34,252 nucleotides of DNA, taken from the sequence record DRR723986_11816; one strand, 5' to 3'. Every line of letters starts with the position of its first letter. Within the stretch, counting starts at the first letter, position 1. The translations under genes and the position numbers were made by a program. The notes under the pieces are model-generated. The model was not told the origin of the DNA and made no database searches. It was given only the letters and a program-made list of their open reading frames with translations. Positions 26,942 through 34,252 of this stretch are shown here, piece after piece.

Positions 26942-28177
26942 ATGAACATGACGTTTGGAATGCGGGAAGAGAACCGCAAGTTGCTGGATCGGGTCGCAAC
27001 GATGATCCGCGACGACATCATGCCGATGGAAGAAGAATATCAAGCCGAGATCGCAAAAGAAGATCGCTGGCAGTATACCGCCCGTCAAACCGAGATCCTC
27101 GAAGGGTTGAAAGCCAAAGCCAAGGCCGCTGGCCTGTGGAATTTCTGGCTGACCGACAGTGACAAGGGGTTTGGCCTTACCACTGTTGAATACGCCTATT
27201 TTGCCGAAGAAATGGGGAAAACCCCGCTGGGCGCCGAGGTGTTCAACTGTGCCGCGCCTGATACTGGCAACATGGAAGTGTTCGAGCGCTACGGCAACGA
27301 GGCGATGAAGCAAGAGTGGCTGGCCCCATTGCTGGAAGGCAAAATCCGCTCAGCCTATCTGATGACGGAACCCGATGTTGCCAGCTCAGACGCGACAAAC
27401 GTGCGCATGTCCTGTGTGCGGGATGGCGATGACTATGTCCTGAATGGCGAAAAATGGTGGTCTTCCGGCGCAGGTGATCCGCGGTGTAAGGTTTACATCG
27501 TCATGGTGAAAACCGCCGGCGAAGAGATGCCCAAGCACCAGCGTCAATCGATGATCGTTGTGCCTGCAGATGCCGAAGGGATCGAAATTCTGCGTCCGAT
27601 GCAGGTCTATGGCCATGACGATGCGCCCCACGGCCACATGCACATTCGGTTCACCAACGTGCGCGTACCCGCCGACAGCATCCTGCTGGGCGAAGGGCGC
27701 GGGTTCGAAATCTCGCAAGGACGGCTTGGCCCCGGACGCATCCATCACTGTATGCGCGCCATCGGTCAGGCGGAATCCGCTCTGGAGCAGATGTGCAAAC
27801 GCTCGTTGCAACGCGAAGCCTTTGGCAAGAAACTGGCCAATCTGGGCGCCAACTTCGATATCATCGCCGAATGCCGGATGGATATCGAAATGGCGCGCCT
27901 GCTGTGTCTCAAAGCCGCTTGGTATATGGATCAGGGCGATCCGCGCGCGGCGGCACCTTGGATCAGCCAGATCAAAGTGGTTGCCCCGCGTGTCGCGCTT
28001 AAGGTGATTGATGAGGCGGTTCAGATGTTTGGGGGCGCTGGCGTGAGCCAAGATACCCCACTGGCGATTGCCTGGACCCATGTGCGGACCCTGCGGTTGG
28101 CAGATGGGCCTGATGCGGTTCACCGCCGTCAGGTGGCGCGTGTTGAACTTAAGAAGTACACCCAAGAAAAAATCTGA
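26942..28177 (+). CDS. Acyl-CoA dehydrogenase (ACAD10/11-like)
   Basis: FNCAAPDTGNME, MTEPDVASSDA, NGEKWWSSG, QGRLGPGRIHHCMR, LRLADGPDAVH. Start ATG 26942 after GAGGAGGAG. Confidence 0.95.
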   Translation: MNMTFGMREENRKLLDRVATMIRDDIMPMEEEYQAEIAKEDRWQYTARQTEILEGLKAKAKAAGLWNFWLTDSDKGFGLTTVEYAYFAEEMGKTPLGAEVFNCAAPDTGNMEVFERYGNEAMKQEWLAPLLEGKIRSAYLMTEPDVASSDATNVRMSCVRDGDDYVLNGEKWWSSGAGDPRCKVYIVMVKTAGEEMPKHQRQSMIVVPADAEGIEILRPMQVYGHDDAPHGHMHIRFTNVRVPADSILLGEGRGFEISQGRLGPGRIHHCMRAIGQAESALEQMCKRSLQREAFGKKLANLGANFDIIAECRMDIEMARLLCLKAAWYMDQGDPRAAAPWISQIKVVAPRVALKVIDEAVQMFGGAGVSQDTPLAIAWTHVRTLRLADGPDAVHRRQVARVELKKYTQEKI

Positions 28178-28187
28178 AGGTGACACG

Positions 28188-28994
28188 ATGAAAGACACTC
28201 TCTTTGGTGGCGCGACCTATTTCACGCAAACTCCTGAGGGGGTGTTCTTGGGCAATGACCCTGCACGGGGGCCTTGGTCCCCGGATCATTGTCATGCCGG
28301 CCCTGTGACCGGATTGGTGGCCCGGGCCGCTGAAACCGCTGTTGGTCCCGACAAAATGCTGACCCGTCTCACGCTGGATGTGTTGCGTCCGCTGCCCGTC
28401 GCCGGGTTGGTTATTGAAACGGAATTGACCCGGAACACGCGCACCTTGGCGACCACGCGGGTTGAGGTGCACGGGCTGGATGGAACGTTGTGCATGACGG
28501 CCACGTCAATGCATTTGACCCGGAAAACTATGTCGGACGTGCCAACCGCACAGGTCCAGCCGTTGAATTTTGAGGATGCGATCCCTGCTGACCCGCTCTT
28601 GGTCGGGGCTCTGCACGACAAGCCATCGTTTGGCCAATATACGGAAACAGCTTTTCCTCCGGGTGTGACACGCGAACCAGGGCCCAAGACGGTCTGGATG
28701 CGCACGCCTGCGTTGTTAGAAGGCGAAGATCCATCGCCGATCCAATCCATGTGCGCGCTTGCGGATTGCGGCAACGGGATTTCGTGGAACGCCCCGCCGG
28801 TTAAACTGGGTTTTATGAACACAGACCTGACGCTGCAGATCCATCGTGAGCCTGTTTCAAATTGGCTCGCGTCCGAAGCGATTTCGCATTGGCATGATAA
28901 CGGTGTAGGGATGTCGCATTCCATCCTGCACGACACCCAAGGGCCTGTAGGCGTTGCGCTACAAACCTTGGTTCTTCACCCGATCAAAGCCTGA
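28188..28994 (+). CDS. Thioesterase family protein (double hot-dog fold)
   Basis: GPW...HAGP, LADCGNG, FMNTDLT..IHREP..W; 10 nt downstream of the acyl-CoA dehydrogenase. Confidence 0.85.
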   Translation: MKDTLFGGATYFTQTPEGVFLGNDPARGPWSPDHCHAGPVTGLVARAAETAVGPDKMLTRLTLDVLRPLPVAGLVIETELTRNTRTLATTRVEVHGLDGTLCMTATSMHLTRKTMSDVPTAQVQPLNFEDAIPADPLLVGALHDKPSFGQYTETAFPPGVTREPGPKTVWMRTPALLEGEDPSPIQSMCALADCGNGISWNAPPVKLGFMNTDLTLQIHREPVSNWLASEAISHWHDNGVGMSHSILHDTQGPVGVALQTLVLHPIKA

Positions 28995-29762
28995 TCAGGC
29001 AAACGGATCTTGTGAATACACAACACCTGCAAGGTACAACCCTTGCGGGGGGCAAACCGGGCCGCAGGCTGCGCGCTCTTTCGCCTCAAGTGCGTCGCGC
29101 ACATCTTCGGGTGTCCACGACCCTGCACCGACGCGTTCCAGCGTGCCAACAAAGCTGCGGACTTGATTGTGCAAGAACGAACGTGCGCGCACGTGGAAAT
29201 GCACCTCGGTCCCTGCAAACCCATCAACCTGTTCAACGCGTAATTCATCTAATGTTTTGATGGGGCTGAGTGCCTGACAGATGGTTGACCGAAACGTGGT
29301 GAAATCGTGCTTGCCTAGCAACATGTCAGCCGCGCGCTGCATCTCGGGCACGTTCAACGGGTTGCTGACTTGCCAAACCTGCCCCTTGTCATGGGTCGCT
29401 GGGGCGCGGCGGGTTAGGATGCGGAACAGATACTGGCGCTCCAACGCAGAAAAGCGCGCGTGCCAATCGTCATCAACCCGAGAACAGGCGACAATCGCAA
29501 TTGGGTTTGGTTTTAGATGGTAATTCAGCGCCTCGGACAATCGAAAAGGGTCCCAGTCCCGCGTCATGTCACAATGCGCAACCTGCCCCAGACCATGCAC
29601 CCCGGCATCGGTACGCCCGGCCGCTGCGATGGTATGGGGACCGGGTTCCAGCTTTGCCAGGGCTGCTTCGATCGTGCCTTGAACAGACACGTGTTCCTTT
29701 TGCCTTTGCCATCCGACAAAGGGTGCTCCGTGGTATTCGACTTTTAGCGCAAAACGTGGCAT
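28995..29762 (-). CDS. truA: tRNA pseudouridine(38-40) synthase
   Basis: [32 protein letters not shown]. Confidence 0.97.
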   Translation of the reverse strand: MPRFALKVEYHGAPFVGWQRQKEHVSVQGTIEAALAKLEPGPHTIAAAGRTDAGVHGLGQVAHCDMTRDWDPFRLSEALNYHLKPNPIAIVACSRVDDDWHARFSALERQYLFRILTRRAPATHDKGQVWQVSNPLNVPEMQRAADMLLGKHDFTTFRSTICQALSPIKTLDELRVEQVDGFAGTEVHFHVRARSFLHNQVRSFVGTLERVGAGSWTPEDVRDALEAKERAACGPVCPPQGLYLAGVVYSQDPFA

Positions 29763-29795
29763 GGGCGCGCTGGTAACGTGATGATGGATACAAGT

Positions 29796-29824
29796 CTAGG
29801 CATGGCGTGTTGGTCTTCCTATCT
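29796..29824 (+). promoter_or_regulatory. Candidate RpoH-type promoter for ycjX
   Basis: CTAGGC-N16-CCTATCT resembles the alphaproteobacterial RpoH consensus (CTTG..-N15/16-CCTATCT); ycjXF is sigma-32 regulated in E. coli. Confidence 0.4.
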
Positions 29825-29850
29825 TGAAGCAAAGCAATAGGGGCAGCGGT

Positions 29851-31266
29851 TTGGTATTTTCTTCTCTCGCCGATAATTTGGTACGCGGCGTTGAATCTGT
29901 AAGCGACTCAATTTCCGAGACGTTTTTTGAACCGGTGATCCGGGTGGGTGTAACAGGGTTGGCGCGGTCGGGCAAAACGGTGTTCATCAGCTCTTTGGTT
30001 GCGAACTTGCTGGACCGAGGGCGGATGCCGGGGCTTGTGGCCGCTCAAGAAGGGCGGATCGAAGCCGCCTATTTGCAGCCCCAGCCCGATGACACGGTGC
30101 CACGCTTTGACTACGAGGCACATCTTGGTGCCCTGACTGGCCCGTCACCGCATTGGCCTGACAGCACACGGGCCACATCAGAGCTGCGCTTGTCGCTGCG
30201 TGTGCGCCCTTCGGGGTTGCTGAGCGGCCTGCAAGGCCCGTGCACGGTGCATTTGGATATTGTGGATTATCCCGGCGAATGGCTGTTGGATCTGGCCCTG
30301 CTGGACAAAAGCTACGAGGACTGGTCGCGCGAAACATTGGACCGGGTCAAGAACCGGGCGTGTGCTAGCGATTTCCTTGCGTTGGTTGCCAAGATTGACC
30401 CCGCAGCGGCACATGCTGAACCTGAGGCCCAAGGCCTTGCGCGTGCATTTGCCGATTACCTGTCCGCCGCGCAGAGCGAAGGGTTTTACGACTGCACTCC
30501 GGGGCGGTTTTTGCTGCCGGGTGATTTGGCGGGCTCGCCTGTTTTGACTTTTGCCCCCCTTGCTGTCCAAGGTGTCGGCCCTCGCCGCAGCCTGCATCGG
30601 GAAATGCAGCGGCGGTACGAGGCGTATAAATCACAGGTGGTGAAGCCGTTCTTTCGGGATCATTTCGCCAAGATCGACCGGCAGGTGGTATTGGTTGACG
30701 TGTTGGGTGCTATCCACAAAGGCCCGCAAGCAGTTGAGGACATGCGCCGGGCTATGGCCGATATTCTGGGGGCGTTTCGCCCCGGGCGGAATGCGTGGCT
30801 GACCCGATTGCTGTTGGGCAAGCGAATTGACCGGATCCTGTTTGCCGCGACCAAAGCGGATCACCTGCATCATACGCAACACGCGCGCCTTACAGCGATT
30901 ATCGAGGCCCTGACCCGCGAAGCCCGAGACCGGGCACAGTTTGCAGGCGCTGAAACCTCGGCCTTGTCGCTGGCGGCCTTGCGCGCCACAACCGAAGAAA
31001 TCCGTAGCCACAATGGGCGTGACTTGCCCTGCGTTCGCGGGATTTTGCAAGAAAGCGGAAAACCCGCCGCGTTTTATCCCGGTGAATTGCCGCAGGATCC
31101 CGGGCATTTGTTGGGCCCCGCCAGAGACGGGGCAGACACGTGGTTGGATGCAGATTTTCAGGCGATGTCATTTGCGCCAGCACCTCTGACATTGGTGCCG
31201 GGCGATGGTCCGCCGCACATCCGACTTGATCGCGCCGCGCAGTTTTTGATCGGAGATCGGCTATGA
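29851..31266 (+). CDS. ycjX: YcjX family P-loop GTPase
   Basis: GVTGLARSGKT, DIVDYPGEWLLDL, PGRFLLPG, FAATKADH, PHIRLD. Start uncertain (TTG 29851 after AGGGG; track start 29824). Confidence 0.93.
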   Translation: MVFSSLADNLVRGVESVSDSISETFFEPVIRVGVTGLARSGKTVFISSLVANLLDRGRMPGLVAAQEGRIEAAYLQPQPDDTVPRFDYEAHLGALTGPSPHWPDSTRATSELRLSLRVRPSGLLSGLQGPCTVHLDIVDYPGEWLLDLALLDKSYEDWSRETLDRVKNRACASDFLALVAKIDPAAAHAEPEAQGLARAFADYLSAAQSEGFYDCTPGRFLLPGDLAGSPVLTFAPLAVQGVGPRRSLHREMQRRYEAYKSQVVKPFFRDHFAKIDRQVVLVDVLGAIHKGPQAVEDMRRAMADILGAFRPGRNAWLTRLLLGKRIDRILFAATKADHLHHTQHARLTAIIEALTREARDRAQFAGAETSALSLAALRATTEEIRSHNGRDLPCVRGILQESGKPAAFYPGELPQDPGHLLGPARDGADTWLDADFQAMSFAPAPLTLVPGDGPPHIRLDRAAQFLIGDRL

Positions 31267-31715
31267 CGCTCGTTCTACGGTCTGCCCGTTCGACCGAAAC
31301 GGGGAGTTTAGGGGCGATTTTGTACGATTCACTGACTACGGCAGAGGGCACGGCAGATCTGTATTCGCTGGCGGAAACCATCGCCTTCTGCGGAGTGATG
31401 GTGGATCGCGGCTGGGTCACGGTCGCAGAGCAGGACGGACGCGCCGTCGGCTTCATGGCATTGGATGGGGATGAGATCTGTAGCCTCTATATCGCGGCTG
31501 ATGCACAGGGGCAGGGGATAGGGCAGCAGTTGTTGGCTTTTGCCCGACAGCAGGTATCCCGTCTGACAGTGCGCGCCGTTCAGGCCAATATAGGGGCGCA
31601 GCGGTTTTATCTGCGCCACGGCTTTACCGAACTAGGTCGTGGAAACGGCCTCGATAACGAAGAGAACCTGCCGGACATCACATATGTCTGGCAACGCGAG
31701 GGGCGTGCAGCATGA
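31263..31715 (+). CDS. GNAT family N-acetyltransferase
   Basis: LYI...QGQGIG..LL acetyl-CoA motif, N..AQRFY.RHGF; ATGA overlaps at both ends. Confidence 0.9.
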   Translation: MTLVLRSARSTETGSLGAILYDSLTTAEGTADLYSLAETIAFCGVMVDRGWVTVAEQDGRAVGFMALDGDEICSLYIAADAQGQGIGQQLLAFARQQVSRLTVRAVQANIGAQRFYLRHGFTELGRGNGLDNEENLPDITYVWQREGRAA

Positions 31716-32710
31716 CCAAAGGTCCGGTTTTGATTGATCTTGAGGATGAGGCGCAAGAGGCCCCCCAAGTTGCAGATGCACCACCGGTGCCGGATCTCGT
31801 GGCGCCAACCGGGCAGGCCATGCAGATGGCCGCGCGGGTCGCTGCGCGCAAACCATCGGCCCTGTCTAAATGGTTCTGGGGATTGGCAATGGCGGTGCTC
31901 GGGGCGATGGTCTCGGTCGCGGCGTGGGATTTCGCCAATTCGTTGATCCTGCGGATGCCGATCTTGGGTTGGGCCATGACCGGGTTGCTGGGCGCGTTTG
32001 TTGTGGTTTTGCTGCTGATTGCGATCCGCGAAATTGCTGCGATTGGTCGACTGAGCCGTATTGATGGCGTGCGGCAGGCCGCTGACACAGCCTTGGCCGA
32101 TCAAAGTTTGGATCAGGCCCGCGCGGTGATGAAGCGTCTTGATGCGTTGTATTCCGGGCGAGAGGATACGCGCTGGGGACGCGAACGGCTGGCGGAACGC
32201 GCATCAGATCAATTTGATGCCGTTGCGTTGATGGATCTTGCAGAAAATGAACTGCTGGCCCCGCTGGATGCGGCGGCCCTGCGTGAGGTCGAAGTCGCCG
32301 CCCGGCAAGTTGCAACAGTAACGGCCCTTGTGCCATTGGCCTTGGCGGATGTGGCCACGGCGCTGACGGCGTCGCTGCGCATGATCCGGCGTATTGCTGA
32401 GATTTACGGGGGCCGGGCCGGGTTCTTGGGGAGCTGGCGCCTGACCCGTGCTGTTTTCACACATTTGGTGGCGACGGGTGCCGTAGCGGTTGGGGATGAT
32501 TTGCTCGAACCGATCCTTGGGGGGTCGATCCTGAGCCGTTTGTCCCGTCGGTTTGGCGAAGGGTTGGTTAACGGGGCGCTGTCGGCGCGCGTTGGGATCG
32601 CCGCGATGGAAGTGTGCCGGCCCTTGCCGTTTTCTGAGCGTCACCAACCCTCGGTGCGCAAAGTGATTAAAAACGCCCTTGGCGGATTGTTCTCGAAGGG
32701 GTCAGAATAA
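31712..32710 (+). CDS. ycjF: YcjF family membrane protein
   Basis: Two N-terminal TM helices, LAPLD, RRIAEIYG, LSRRFGEG..NG..SARVG.AAM..CRPLPF. Confidence 0.92.
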   Translation: MTKGPVLIDLEDEAQEAPQVADAPPVPDLVAPTGQAMQMAARVAARKPSALSKWFWGLAMAVLGAMVSVAAWDFANSLILRMPILGWAMTGLLGAFVVVLLLIAIREIAAIGRLSRIDGVRQAADTALADQSLDQARAVMKRLDALYSGREDTRWGRERLAERASDQFDAVALMDLAENELLAPLDAAALREVEVAARQVATVTALVPLALADVATALTASLRMIRRIAEIYGGRAGFLGSWRLTRAVFTHLVATGAVAVGDDLLEPILGGSILSRLSRRFGEGLVNGALSARVGIAAMEVCRPLPFSERHQPSVRKVIKNALGGLFSKGSE

Positions 32711-33124
32711 TACGGGCGGTGCGTCTTTGGGTTGGCGCATCGACACGATCCCGGTGCGGAACCCTTCGCCAATCCGTTGGGCCAGAACGGCCCATTTGCG
32801 GCCGATATCATGGGGCAACTCTTCGGATAGCACTTGGTAAAACAGGTCGAGCCAATCGGGGAAATGTTCGGCCTTGATGTCGGGGCGAGACACGTGAACG
32901 CGCATGGGGTTGCCGTTATAGCTGCCCTCGCGCAGGATCGCATTGCGCCAGAACCCGGCGATCTTTTCCTCGTGCTCAGGCCAATCCGTGACATGGTTTG
33001 CAAACACCGGACCCAGCACAGCGTGGGTTCGAATGCGGCCATAGAACACCGCGACGACGCGGTTTATCTCTTCTGCCGATATGTCGAATTTGCGCAACGG
33101 GTTGGGCAGGGGCTGATCGGTCAT
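32702..33124 (-). CDS. Group III truncated haemoglobin
   Basis: VAVFYGRIR.H..LGPVF, W.EH..KI..FW, Y.GNPMRVH, HF..WL.LF. Start ATG 33124; the longer track ORF overlaps the VIT1 gene. Confidence 0.92.
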   Translation of the reverse strand: MTDQPLPNPLRKFDISAEEINRVVAVFYGRIRTHAVLGPVFANHVTDWPEHEEKIAGFWRNAILREGSYNGNPMRVHVSRPDIKAEHFPDWLDLFYQVLSEELPHDIGRKWAVLAQRIGEGFRTGIVSMRQPKDAPPVLF

Positions 33125-33187
33125 GTCATTTCTCACCAGTTTATCATGCTCAGAGATAGAGAGCGCACCGCGGCTGGGAAACCCCCT

Positions 33188-33217
33188 TTGACCTGACGCA
33201 AAGCTGATATGCATTAA
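33188..33217. promoter_or_regulatory. Tandem FNR/DNR-family boxes
   Basis: TTGAC-CTGA-CGCAA (33188-33201) and CTGAT-ATGC-ATTAA (33204-33217) versus consensus TTGAT-N4-ATCAA. Confidence 0.6.
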
Positions 33218-33263
33218 AGCTGACAAGATGAACTGACCCCTAGCCAGCCAATCGGAGCCAGCC

Positions 33264-33974
33264 ATGCAGGACCACAGCCACGAGCCAGAGGATATCGCGC
33301 AGCGGATCGGAACGGCGCAGGGGCATGGGGTTCTGCGGGATGTAGTGTATGGGGCGATTGATGGGTCTGTGACAACGTTTGCGATTGTGGCTGGTGTTGC
33401 TGGGGCAGGTTTGTCGCCTTTTATTATTGTCGCTCTTGGGCTGGCGAATGTGTTCGCTGACGGGTTTTCCATGGCCGCAGGTAATTATTCAGGAACCAAG
33501 GCCGAGTTGGACAATATCCAACGCCTGCGCGCGATAGAGGAGCGTCACATTGCGCGATACCCCGATGGCGAACGTCAAGAAGTGCGCGAGATCCTGAGCC
33601 AGAAGGGCCTGAGCGGTCAGGTTCTGGAGGACGCGACACAGGAAATCACGTCAGATCGCAACAATTGGATCCAGCTTATGTTGGATGGGGAATACGGCCT
33701 TGGGGGTGTTGACCCGCACCCTTTGCAGGCTGCGATGGCGACGTTTTTCGCCTTTCTCGTCGCGGGTATGATCCCGTTGGTGCCCTTTTTGTTGGGGCTC
33801 GAGGGTGCCTTTGCTTATTCGGCATGGATGACTTTGGGGGTGTTTTTTGCGATCGGTGCGTTGAAGTCGCATTGGTCGTTGGCGCCTTGGTGGCGATCTG
33901 GGGCGGAAACACTGGCTATTGGCGGGGTTGCTGCAGGCATAGCCTATGGTGTTGGGACTTTGTTCAATCAGTGA
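33264..33974 (+). CDS. VIT1/CCC1 family Fe/Mn transporter
   Basis: LRDVVYGAIDGSVTTFAIVAG, ANVFADGFSMAAGNY, Glu-rich cytosolic segment, G.IPL.PF. Confidence 0.93.
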   Translation: MQDHSHEPEDIAQRIGTAQGHGVLRDVVYGAIDGSVTTFAIVAGVAGAGLSPFIIVALGLANVFADGFSMAAGNYSGTKAELDNIQRLRAIEERHIARYPDGERQEVREILSQKGLSGQVLEDATQEITSDRNNWIQLMLDGEYGLGGVDPHPLQAAMATFFAFLVAGMIPLVPFLLGLEGAFAYSAWMTLGVFFAIGALKSHWSLAPWWRSGAETLAIGGVAAGIAYGVGTLFNQ

Positions 33975-34017
33975 ATTGTGCAGCCCAAGTAAACCAACCT
34001 GCGGCAACCGGGCCCTC

Positions 34018-34046
34018 TGGACGGGGTCGCAAACCCGGCCTATAAG
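34018..34046 (+). promoter_or_regulatory. Candidate sigma-70 promoter of the ileS leader
   Basis: TGGACG (34018-34023)-N17-TATAAG (34041-34046). Confidence 0.55.
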
Positions 34047-34056
34047 CCGACCCAAG

Positions 34057-34104
34057 ATGTTTGGTATGTCGATCATTATTCGAATTATAAACCCGGCGCT
34101 CTGA
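34057..34104 (+). CDS. Putative Ile-rich leader peptide MFGMSIIIRIINPAL
   Basis: ATG TTT GGT ATG TCG ATC ATT ATT CGA ATT ATA AAC CCG GCG CTC TGA: 5 Ile within 6 consecutive codons, ending 85 nt before ileS; hairpin CCCGGCG/CGCCGGG (34092-34120) overlaps its stop. Confidence 0.75.
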   Translation: MFGMSIIIRIINPAL

Positions 34105-34189
34105 TAGACGAGACGCCGGGCAAAGGTGTTTGAGAACTCGCGCCGACCCAAACCGTTCCCCTGATACGCTGATCCAAAGGACGCCACAC

Positions 34190-34252
34190 ATGTGCGCCGA
34201 CACTCCTGAAACGCCCGACTACAAATCCACGCTGAACCTGCCCAAGACCGAT
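34190..34252 (+). CDS. ileS: Isoleucine--tRNA ligase, N-terminus (partial)
   Basis: MCADTPETPDYKSTLNLPKTD matches the DYKxTLNLPKT N-terminal motif of bacterial IleRS; AAAGGA RBS upstream. Only 21 codons visible. Confidence 0.88.
   Translation, partial: MCADTPETPDYKSTLNLPKTD

Noticed and set aside
33125-33472. N-terminal extension of the truncated haemoglobin
   Set aside because: Runs through the regulatory spacer and antisense to VIT1; the globin domain starts at 33124.
33975-34189. T-box riboswitch upstream of ileS
   Set aside because: No AAGGTGGTACC/UGGNACC T-box consensus, specifier stem or terminator; the uORF explains the region better.
1-34252. CRISPR array, tRNA/rRNA, IS, prophage or defence genes
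   Set aside because: No regularly spaced repeats, cloverleafs, integrase/transposase or phage-like ORFs; nearly all sequence is accounted for by recognisable genes.

Overview
Chromosomal window from an alphaproteobacterium; gene content and order point to the Roseobacter group (Ruegeria/Phaeobacter-like), which is an inference. Left to right: (1) the 5' end of a type I PKS, missed by the ORF track, beside a glycan module (Wzy/WaaL-like membrane protein, WecB/TagA, Gfo/Idh/MocA-epimerase fusion, GT2, GT4); (2) an orphan glucokinase overlapping a GGT-family Ntn hydrolase; (3) tamA-tamB; (4) an apparently complete urate-to-glyoxylate purine catabolism locus (puuD, LysR, uraH, puuE-uraD fusion, allA, NCS2 permease, allE-like cupin) interleaved with a divergent GAPDH and a lipoprotein; (5) gcvH, ghrA-like reductase, acyl-CoA dehydrogenase, thioesterase, truA; (6) ycjX-GNAT-ycjF; (7) a truncated haemoglobin/VIT1 divergon with tandem FNR-family boxes; (8) the start of ileS. 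Two non-annotated signals stand out. One is a three-copy ~70-77 nt intergenic element with fixed architecture (GCTCCCGCCC, hairpin spacer, GTTGGGC, 3 nt, tetraloop hairpin) whose stem sequences differ between copies. The other is an Ile-rich leader peptide (MFGMSIIIRIINPAL) with promoter and hairpin directly upstream of ileS. No rRNA, tRNA, CRISPR array or transposase was seen. All calls come from reading the sequence; no searches were run.
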